DNA of 63,891 nucleotides, counting the filler, from Parasitella parasitica NRRL 2501 (taxonomy: Eukaryota; Fungi; Mucoromycota): assembly GCA_025201805.1 (NCBI GenBank). It is 8 parts of 8 records of this genome, joined end to end, with 100 filler letters (N's around TTAATTAATTAA, not from the genome) between each part and the next. Parts side by side here need not be neighbours in the genome. Positions count along the whole stretch, not along the records: positions 48,155 to 55,483 come from MU619267.1; positions 55,584 to 59,133 come from MU619539.1; positions 59,234 to 62,653 come from MU619378.1; positions 62,754 to 63,891 come from MU619288.1; 4 more parts are not named here. The stretch is one strand, 5' to 3'. How positions within the stretch are numbered: position 1 is the first letter of the stretch; every line of letters starts with the position of its first letter. A program made the position numbers and the translations under genes. Shown in pieces: positions 53,770 to 63,891 of this stretch. The notes under the pieces were generated by a model. The model made no database searches. It was not told the DNA's origin and saw only the letters and a program-made list of their open reading frames with translations.

Positions 53770-55329
53770 TAATCATGACCATCACCTTTTTCCATGCTTA
53801 AAAGTATAATATCTATAATCTCTGATATCTTTACAAACTATTAAGCAATAGAGATACAACCTTCAGCCAAAATCTTCTTTTTTTGCAGCATTTTACAACA
53901 TATCCGAGTTTTATGCACGTATGATCATTTTTTAGATTTTGCTATGTTTGGATCCCAAACCTCATATTCGATTTTCAGTTTTCGACTTTGGGTCAACCTT
54001 CAGGGTCATTTTTAGGTACGGATTTGGGGTCCAAGGCAAGTATATGTCCAAGTACTGGTATGATAACTGTAAGTCACTACGTCTTCCGATTCTCGATATC
54101 TATCTTTGCTGTCGAGATATTGCCAAAACTAGATTTTGCAGATTTTGCAGATTTTACAGCACATGTTCCTATAAAAAGTACCATATTTTACAACTAAACC
54201 AAGTTTAGGTTCCTAATTAAAGTAATAGAACACGGTTTATTACAGCTACTGGTAGTAAACATGTCGTATTCAAGCTCCAATTCGACAAGCTTGGGCCAGT
54301 TTTGTCTTTTTACGTTAAACTTTGTTCCCCTGTTTCTCAAAAAACTACTATGACACTTTGGCTTGAGTGATTATTAAAATCTTATTGAAATCTGATTATC
54401 TACTAGATGTATTATTTTTTAGATAGATATGTCGAAAAAAAAATTTTTTCATATGTTTTTGGCAGAGGCTTAGTTTATTTTCATAACTTTCAGAGCAATA
54501 AATGGTACATAACAATACATTATATAGCAATAAAGAAATGGAACTACAACATAGCTAACGAATGGTTTTTATTTGGTCAAAAAATACCAAAGTGAAGCCA
54601 TTCAAAAAGGTAAAAATCAATTCCGTTTATCGAGATTTTCTCGCTCAGAAATTGGCCCTCTAGACGTAGGACCGGAAAATTGTAGATTCATATTGGTCGA
54701 GACAAGATTGTGATTTTTGGCAGATATACTAGAGCTACAGTTGTAAATAAGGTATTGAAGTGTAGGTATTGACATGATGGTTTGTTTGGTCTACTTTATA
54801 GAGCTGAAGGTGCTAAAAATATGTTTGATTTTACTCAAAAACTATCAAAAAGGGCGTTTTTTGAATATTTGAAGATTGCTAATAAGAAAAGGTGTTTGTA
54901 TACCCTTGTAATGTATATGGTTGGATGCAAAATTTATTTTTTGTTATAAAACACTTAGTACGCATATCCGATATATCTATTACGTTCTTGAGGTATCTAG
55001 CAATGAAGTTTGCAAGATTTTTGAGAATTTGGTTTGGGCCAAATAGACGCCCATGCTGAGATTTAATCTACAGGCTTTTTTTTTTGCTGTAAAAAATGAG
55101 TCAAACACCTATTTTCAATTGAGGAGCAAAGCATTATTCTAACAGGTACTTTGCGTATGTCTCCATATGAATAGACAGCTGAGATACTGCATAATACGGG
55201 CTCAAAAACCATTTTTGTATACCTTCATCTTTGGATGAAATAAACATTACCAAATCTAAAATATTGCCTCTTTTCATATTTAAAGACATAATTTGGAGTT
55301 AATGATATCTTTAGAAACTTGCAAGCAAT
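53770..55329. repeat. ~1.5-kb repeat family, slightly more than one unit
   Basis: GATATCTTTA(C/G)AAACT...AAGCAAT recurs at ~53824 and ~55304. Confidence 0.85.
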
Positions 55330-55583
55330 CAAAATGTTGCCGAAGCGAAGGCTGGAAATGTGGTAAATGCTCTCAGAGCCACGCTTTATTTTTCATATAT
55401 ATAGTAATAATAAATTTGAATCCCTTTCTTCCCTATATCTTTCAATGCTGCTATGTGATAATATATAATTCAATTTTTTTTTTNNNNNNNNNNNNNNNNN
55501 NNNNNNNNNNNNNNNNNNNNNNNNNNNTTAATTAATTAANNNNNNNNNNNNNNNNNNNNNNNNNNNNNNNNNNNNNNNNNNNN

Positions 55584-55940
55584 CAATAATAAATTACTGG
55601 TCCATACTACAAAAATTGAGAAATAAATAAAAGCTACAGCTACATTTTTATACGCAAATTTTACTGTTTTGAGCACATTTTTTTGAGTGTACGGGCACAT
55701 TTTCGCTTCATGAGCACATTTTTTCAAGCCTTTTGCGCGTAATTTTAAGCGTATGAAACTAGTAATTTATGTGCTCGTTTAAGCATAAAAATGTGATCAT
55801 TTAAGAGGTTTTAATTTTTGTTCTCGCATGAGCACATATATCGCCTTAACCTAGCTCGATAAGCACTTTTTTTGGCTCTAAAAAATGTTCCCGTTCATGC
55901 ACATCTATATTTTTATGAGAACATCGGCGAGGCCATAGTG
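55584..55940 (-). mobile_element. CACTA family terminus
   Basis: Ends GAGGCCATAGTG; reverse-complement match to 15614-15970. Confidence 0.9.
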
Positions 55941-56384
55941 TATGTACATAGCTTGCAATAGGCCCATATATATACTATATTAAATAAGCAGAATCTTATT
56001 TTAACAGAATTGATGTGAACTACTGGCAGTCTTTCACAGATCTTATTTGAATTAGTAAGACATTTCTTTATTAAGAACCGTGTCCTTGAGAACAACATTG
56101 AACATGACAAATATCACCATTAACATTCAACATATAAAGACAATTGTACACCTTTGTGCTCCTTATAAACCACAATCGTTACTGCTTTCCCATGAAGCCT
56201 AAATTGGAGACAATCCAGTTACTGCATTAGTAACATGAAATATACAGATTATATTTTATATAAATACATCCAAGATCTTTCAACTTGATGGATCTTGGCT
56301 TACATTTTTAACTTTGAATAATAAATATCGAAGAGTTATAATTGTATATCCTTTCCGCTTTTTTTATTATATTTTTTTATCCCA

Positions 56385-58460
56385 AGAATCTCGGTAGCAA
56401 AAAGATAGATGTCGAGAATCCAAAGACATAATGATATACCAGTTAGTGTACTAATATTAGGTTTGGGGTCCAAGCATAGCAAAATCTGAAAAATAGTCAA
56501 AGATACATGAGACTCGGATAAGTTTTAGAATAGTGCAAAAGAAAAATATTTATTAGAAATTGTAAATTAAGCCTTTAAGAGGGGAAAGAGGTAATATTTC
56601 TTATTTCGTGGTATTTATTTCATCCAAAAGTGATGGCATACAAAAATGGTTTTTGAGCTTACTATACTAGTATACAGTATCTCAGCTTTCGATTCATATA
56701 GAGACATACGCAAGGTACTTATTAGAATCATGCTTTGCTCTTCAGTTAAAAATAGGCGGTGCACTCATTTACAGCGAAAAAAAAAAAGGCTTTAGATTGA
56801 ACCTCAGCACTGTGTTTCCCCAAACCAATTTCTAGCTTTTTTTTGAATAGTTTATTGTTAGATATCTCATAAATGCAATAGGTATATCGGATATGCGCAC
56901 TAAGTGTTTTATGACAAAGAATAAATTCTGTATTCAACCATATAGATTATAAGGCTATAGAAATACTTTTTCTTATTACCAATTTCCAACTATTATTCAA
57001 AAAACGCCGTTTTTGATAGTTTTAGAGTAAAATTAAGCATATTTCGAGTACTTTTAGCTCTATAAACCTGACCAAACAAATCATCATATCAATACCTACA
57101 TCTTAATATCTTATTCACAACTGTAGCTTTATTATTTCTGCCGAAAATCAAAATCCTGTCTCGACCAAAATAAAACTACGAATTTTCGTCCCTAGACTTA
57201 CAGGGCCGAAATGGAGCTGTTCAAAAGGGTGAAAAACCAAACTGTTTTTTGCCATTATCTCGTTCGAAAATCTGTATTTTTCAACCAAACAAAAACAATT
57301 TGGTAGCTATTTTGTAGCTCTATGTTTTCATTACTATATCATGTATTTTTAAATACTATCTATTGCTTTGAAAGTTACGAAAATAAATCGGGCCTCTGCC
57401 AAAAACATACGAAAAAATATTTTTTTCTAGCTATCTATCTAAAACCAACACAGTTAGTAGAGAGTTAAGTTTTGAACAGATTTTAATAATCAATCAAGCC
57501 AAAGTGTCTTAGTAGTTTGTTGAGAAACAGAGAGACAAATTTTAACATAAAAACATTAAATTGGCTCATGCTTGTCGAATTTGATCCTTACTACAATATA
57601 TATAATATTATTAGGTGTACCAAAACGTGCTTTATTACTTTACTTAGGAACTTAAACAGGGTTTAATTGCAAAATATGGTGCTTGTTATAGGAACATATG
57701 CTGAAAAATCTGCAAAATTTGCAAAATTTAGTATTGGCAATATCTCGACAACAAAGATAGATATCTAGAATCGGAAGACGTGTTGAGGTACAGTTATCAT
57801 ACTTGTATTAGTCTATATTCTTGGTTTGAACCTTAAATCTATACCTAAAAATGACCCTGAAGGTTGACCCGAAGTTGAAAACTGAAAATCGAATATGAGG
57901 TTTGGGGTCCAAACATAGCAAAATCTGAAAAATGGCCAGACGTGCATAAAACTCGGATATGTTGTAAAATGCTGCAAAAAAAGAAGATTTTGGCTGAGAA
58001 TTGTGTCTCTATAGCTTAATAGTTTGTAAAGATATCAGAGATTGTAGATTATGCTTTTAAGCGGGGAAAAAGATGCTGGTCATGAGTAAGTGGTCTTTAT
58101 TTTAACCAAAAATGAAACTACATATAATCAACTTTTGATGCCATATGATACTGTGTCTCAGCTATCGATTCGTATTGAGACAAAAACAAGTTACCTATAA
58201 GGGTTATGCTTTGCTTCTCCATTGAAAGTAGATGTTGCACTGCTAGAGGCCTAAATTTGCAGTGCATAAATCCAAGCTCAGCAGTATGTTGCCATTCAAT
58301 TTCAAATCGTGCTTCGGAACAACTTCATTGCTAAATATCTCAAGAAAGTAATACAGTAGGTATAACCGATATGCGCATTAGGTGATTTATGTCAAGCGTT
58401 TAATTCTGCATCAAATCATTTATTTAAAGTACTACTAGTATATATTTTATATTATCAATT
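56385..58460. repeat. ~1.5-kb repeat family, about 1.5 tandem units
   Basis: GGTTTGGGGTCCAA.CATAGCAAAATCTGAAAAAT at ~56460 and ~57900. Confidence 0.85.
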
Positions 58461-58659
58461 TTAGCAATACACTCTTTTTTTCTAAAAAATGAGTTTTATT
58501 TGTTGCTCGTAGAAACGGGTTGTGTAAGGCCGAATCAAGCGGTGCTCAACAAGAACAATAAAATAAAATAACTAGTTAAAAAAGAAAGAATGAGAATATA
58601 AATAGGGAGGATTAGAAAAAAAAAGAAGAGTATTGACAGCTAAGTGAATCATATGAGTT

Positions 58660-59000
58660 CAGAGCGAGACCACTCTTTTGATAAGCTGATAAAAAGTATA
58701 CAGCGGGATATCTTTAGGTTCAGATAAATGTCCTACCCTAACTGTTTCCAGTATATTTTTGGCAGTTCTCTTTGCCTCTCTATCAAACAATGGTTTCCTA
58801 ATATCATCACAGATGATAGGACCATAATCTTGAAAACCCTTTTTGAGAAGAGGATTCTATTGTTCGGGCTGTGGGATACAACGCTTGACCCGTTTCCAGA
58901 CCCAAAAAGGATTCTGATCTGCCATAATTATAGACAGGAGATCATGGCAATGTACTTCAATTGAAGATATTTCAGATTGATGTGTACTCACTGCTACATC
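58660..59000 (-). pseudogene. Relic of a putative DNA-transposon protein
   Basis: WVWKRVKRCIPQPEQ*..KPLF..AKNILETVRVGHLSEPKDIPLY recalls the RR.IP.PE / G..SDP...LY motif of transposase-like fungal proteins; family not certain. Confidence 0.45.
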
Positions 59001-60129
59001 TTCACTAAATCAATTCCTACAAGTACTACGCTTGCTGGTTTACTGCGAATATATTACATGATTGTATCCGATAGGAATCAGTATTGATATGTGCAGGTAG
59101 CTGTAGTGTACATTTTTGGTTACACATCTTTATNNNNNNNNNNNNNNNNNNNNNNNNNNNNNNNNNNNNNNNNNNNNTTAATTAATTAANNNNNNNNNNN
59201 NNNNNNNNNNNNNNNNNNNNNNNNNNNNNNNNNTTTTTACGTTAAACTTTGTCCGCCTGTTTCTCAACAAACTACTATAACACTTTGGCTTGAGTGATTA
59301 TGAAAATCTTTTTGAAACATGATTCTCTACTAGACGTATTATTTTTAGATAGACATGTCGAAAAAAATATTTTTCCATATGTTTTTAGCAGAGGCTTGAT
59401 TTATTTTTATAACTTTCCAAGCAATAAATGGTACTTGAAGATACATGATATAGCAATACAAACATAGATCTACAAAATAGCCACCGAACGATTATTATTT
59501 GGTTAAGAAATACCAATTTTTGAGCAAGATAATGGCAAAAAGCAGTATGGTTTTTTACTCTTTTGAATGGTTCCATTTTGGCCCTATAAGCGTAGGGCTG
59601 GAAATTCGTTGATTGATTTGGTCGAGACAAAATTTTAATTTTTAGCAGAAATAATAAAGCTACAGTCATAAAAAAAATATTAAAATGTAGGTATTGACAT
59701 GATGATTTATTTGGTTAACTTTATAGAGCTAAATATGCTCAGAATATGCTTGATTTTACATAAAAACCATCAAAAATGGCGTTTTTTGAATATTTGAAAA
59801 TTGGTAATAAGAAAAGGTGTTTGTATACCCTTGTAATTTATATGGTTGGATGTAGAATGTGTTTTTTGTTATAAAACACTTAGTACGCATATCCAATATA
59901 CCTATTGCGTTTATGAGATATCTAGCAATGAACTATTCGAAAAAAGCTCGAAACTGGTTTGGGTCAAATGGAAACACAGTGCTGAGATTCAATCTGCAGC
60001 TCTTTTTTTTTGCTGTAAATAAGTGCGACAACTATTTTCGAATGAAGAGCAGAGCATGATCATAACAGGTACCTTGCGTATGTCTCAATACTAATTAATA
60101 GCCATTATACTGCATGCTACGTGATGTAT

Positions 60130-62653
60130 ATTTCTTTTTTTTGTTTATAAGGAGACTAGGTCTCGTATTTTATTGAGTGAACAGTTAATTGAAAGGTCAC
60201 AAATGTGTTTTTGGGGTTTTCTGTTTTGCTAGATGAGGGGGAGGAGGATCGAGTTTTTTAGGTCGTTTGCATTATTTGATGTTTTTGGGCTTTTGCATTA
60301 TATAATTTTTTTTCTGGATGTTTTACGTTTTGAAGATTGTTGGTGGACTAGAAGGTAAAAGAAAAAGCAGAGCTAATCCACAGAAAAGAACGGCGGAGGA
60401 CAATGAAGAATTCCAGCTGCAATTAAAGTCTCTTGTTGATACTTGAGGATCTTTGTTTCCACAAGCGAAAGTACAGAGTCCAACGTAAAAGGAGTGTCAG
60501 AAAAGACAAAACACCAATGAGAAATCCAAATAGACTCCAGTGTGGCCGCAATTACACGAGGAGCGCTGATGGAGGAAAATCAGTTGAAAAGCGAACAGTA
60601 GTGAGGAGTAGATGGAGATCAAAAGAGGTCCAAGGATTGGAAAGGCATGGGAGGTGACGATATTGAATCGTTTGCCATACTGATAGTTTGACGGGACACG
60701 AGAAAAGGAAATGATCCAGAGTGTCGTCAGGGTGAGAGCAGAGTGATGTGTCAATTTCCCAACCGGAAGTCAAACTCAAGTAAACTCAATCCTGAACACA
60801 ATTCAGGAACATATCCCAATGGATCATGTTCCTTATTTATAACTCAACATGACATGTTCATGGACAATAGATACGATCTATCGTTCCATTCTCTAAATCA
60901 CACCATGTCTCACACTTGTATCTTATCCTCCCATCAGTCCACTTAGATTCACTAGCATATAAACCATTATTTTTTCCATGTAATAAACGAGATCTTTACC
61001 TGATTAATTCACAACCGTTTTATTTGAATAATTTCTCATTCTGATAGATCACAGAAGATGCAAGCAGAAGTCAGGAAGAAAGCAGGAACAAAACGATGAA
61101 GAAGCAATTTGTGAGGAATTTTCTGGTGCAGAAAGCGATACCAAATATTGCGACAGGAATGAGATATCGGCAGTAGCCAGAAATCAAACCAATTCACTGG
61201 AATATGAGGGCTGAAAGGGAGCGGGAGAAGCGGTTTTTTAGTTATTGACGGACTGCACAGCCTACGGTAAGACTTTGTGGATAACTCACGACGACGCAGC
61301 CCAGTATCTGTGGTAGAACAGAGATTGAAAGACTCGACGAAAGGAGTGATATTGACAACAGTGTGATCCTCTACCTGTGGAAAGGGGAAGCGACCCAAAG
61401 ACGAAAAGCGAGAGTGGATGAAAGCACGAATAAAGAAGGGAGCGAGCTTGATTTCGTCCCGCCTAACTAATTTCAAAAACTTCTTTGCAAGGTTGGGACG
61501 ATAAGAGAATTCCGCTGCTTGCTTCGGAGGAAGGCAGGAATCTGTATCAGAGCCCAGGGTATAGGCAACCGAGCTAGGTAAATGAGCGAGTGAACGACCA
61601 AGTTCAAAAGAGGAAGAAGATGGAAGTATTACAGATGCCAGAGGGATCTCCAGACAGGTGGAAGCGCTAACGATGATGTTGGTAAAGTCCTTGGGTAGTC
61701 GGTCAATAGCTTTGAAAAGCAGAGACCAAGAACTTTCATTGTGACGAAGCGAGTTCGGGCGACGACAAGGGAACAGCAAGGAGAAACGATGATCTAATTG
61801 CTGATGAGCCAGCAGGAATCCGACAAGACGAGGTAAAACGCTCGACGGACAGGACAAGATTTGAGCAGTGGACTGACCGAGAAGCAGGCGAAGCCAACGC
61901 AACTGTAAGGCACTTTGCTGTAGTTGAGGGTTAATTAAGCCTAGACCGCCTTGTGACCGAGATATACACGCAGTATTGACACTGATCCGTCGAAAGATGC
62001 GGAAGTTGATGAAAGCTGATATAACAGAGTTGATGGAATTGCAGAAGGAAATAGGCACTTTAACAACGCGCATAACATGGCAAAGTTTGCTCAAAATGAG
62101 GGGGTTCAGGACGGTCGACCTGCCTCGCACAGACAATCCACGCTGTTGATGGATGAGACAACCTTGACGCACCTGTTCGAGAAACTGCTCTAGAAATACG
62201 TTCCGTTGTGCAATGGAAGTATAAAGAGGAAAGCCCAAATAACGAATAGGGGAAGGTGAGCGAGCATCATGCCAACTAGTAATGTTATGATCGAGTAGAG
62301 CGGGACGCCATGTGGATCCATATATCAAAGAAGAGCCGGAAAGAGAAATAGCTTCGGTCTTATGATAGTTGACCAGAGCATTGGAAGCCGCAGAATAGAC
62401 TCGTAGATGAAGTTGTAACTGTGCGAGATCGGAAGGAGAGTTCAGCAAACAAACAATATCATCTGCATAAGCCAGCATTTTGACTGCCATGGTTGCGTCG
62501 TTGGTAGGAATCAAGGTCGAACTGGGGGAAGGTAAAGAAAATCCCGGCAAAGATGAGTCGGCCAAGATGCGCCGCAACAGGGGCTCAAAAGCCAAATTGA
62601 ACAGAATTGGGCTTATCGGATCGCCTTGTTTCAGGCCTCTAAGTTGAGGAACA
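60130..62653 (-). mobile_element. L1/Tx1-like non-LTR retrotransposon (LINE), 3' half of ORF2, 3' UTR and A-rich tail
   Basis: GLKQGDPISPILFNLAFEP, LAYADD, YLGFPL, GGLGL, zf-RVT C..C..DTLDHFLFSCP; A-rich tail near 60130-60150. Confidence 0.92.
60744..61051 (-). mobile_element. Solo LTR family A inserted in the LINE zinc finger
   Basis: TGAT...ATCA ends; TSD CAGAG/CAGAA; removing it restores ACI(F/L)CSHPDDTLDHF. Confidence 0.85.
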
Positions 62654-62753
62654 NNNNNNNNNNNNNNNNNNNNNNNNNNNNNNNNNNNNNNNNNNNNTTA
62701 ATTAATTAANNNNNNNNNNNNNNNNNNNNNNNNNNNNNNNNNNNNNNNNNNNN

Positions 62754-63891
62754 TATTTTGGAAAAAATTCTTGGGGCTACATTTAATCCGAAATTTAGTG
62801 ATTTGTATTGGTAAATTATGCCTTCGTTTTCGAACACTAAGAAAGGTCTTGATTCTGGATGTATAGGTATAACTGTGTATGCGTCCTGCAGATCCAGTTT
62901 GACCATGTAATCTCCTGGTTCTATCAAATCTCTTAACGCCGGGACGCCTTCCATCTTGAAATGCTCCACCTGTATACATTGATTGATTCGGCGGCAATCC
63001 AGAATCGGGCGTCTCTTCGTTGCTTCCTGTAGTGTGAAGAATCTGGATAGGAAACCTCGTGATCGCGGGTTGTGGCATACTTCTATGATTCCTGCGGTAA
63101 GGAATTTGTTTACGGCAATGTTGGTTTCGTCTTGCTCTTCTCTGGGGATCGTAGTTCTTGGTAAGTGCCATGGACTTGGTGTTTGCGCAAATTGAATTTT
63201 GTAACCTTCCTTGATCACCTTCAGTGGCCACGGATGTTGAACGATCTTTTGCCAATTGTGAAGGAAATGAGCCAGACGACCTCCTGGAAGAATTCCATCC
63301 TGTGGTATTGAGTAATTTTGAAGAATCTGTTTTTGATATGGTTGACGTTGTTGATGTTGTTGTTGCTGTTGTCGATGTTGCTGTTGTCGATGTTGTTGTT
63401 GTTGTTGTTGTTGTTGTGCTTGAGGCTGAAACATCTGCTGCAGTGGTTGTGTTGCTAGTACTGTTTGGCGCAATGGGTGTTGATTTGTTTGTGTCAACTG
63501 ATGGGTTCGTTGAGGAACTAAGCTTGTTGATTGGTATCTGTGGGAGTAGTGTTTGTTGTTGATGAGGGGAAGAGGCTCCCACGCCCTCTTCCTCTCTGCT
63601 GAAAATGGCCACCAAATGGTCTTGTATATTGTCTGGAATAAGTTCGTTGTTGACCTCTGAAATTTCCACGTCCAAATTGTCTTCCTGAGTATTGTTGTTG
63701 ATGAGCGTTGCCATTGAGGAGTCGTTGTTGAAATCTTGCTTGGTGTAAGTTTGCAAGGAATTCTGTGTCAAAGGTGTTTTGTACTCGTTCTTCTTCTGGC
63801 TTCTCCAAATGTTTAATGCTTGATGGTACCCTAAGTGCTTTAGTGGCAAACTCTTTAGCATCGTTGTCTTGGAATTTGGCCTGTCCAAACC
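62754..63891 (-). mobile_element. DIRS retrotransposon, gag end and RT start (apparently intact, cut by contig end)
   Basis: PGGRLAHFLHNW, GFLSRFFT..RPILDC..HFKMEG, KLDLQDAY, LNFGLNVAPRIF; CAA microsatellite at the gag/pol overlap. Confidence 0.92.

Overview
AT-rich, intron-containing eukaryotic DNA. The gene and transposon repertoire is typical of a Mucorales (Mucoromycota) fungus, which is an inference. The window is not one contiguous locus: seven N-padded TTAATTAATTAA linkers join about eight contigs. Host genes include PRMT1/HMT1, Pol I subunit RPA49, a PY-motif membrane protein, a Pho2/Phx1-type homeobox gene, an alpha-arrestin, a Nudix hydrolase, a peroxisomal MaoC hydratase ending in SKL, RCF1, RAE1/GLE2, the 3' part of DTD1 and a Ded1-like DEAD-box helicase. 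Between them is a dense, nested transposon landscape: a Helentron-type Rep-helicase, a Crypton, two DIRS elements, an L1/Tx1 LINE, Ty3/gypsy relics and solo LTRs, a non-autonomous CACTA family, Tc1 relics, a ~1.5-kb non-coding repeat and a mitochondrial rnl NUMT. The three most interesting signals are (i) a complete TIR/TSD-bounded Mutator-like element encoding a GCM-type transposase plus a USP-like cysteine protease, (ii) an internally deleted Fanzor (eukaryotic TnpB) relic, and (iii) a repeated, hairpin-rich non-coding element end that may be a structured RNA. All family assignments come from motif recognition by eye, not from database searches.
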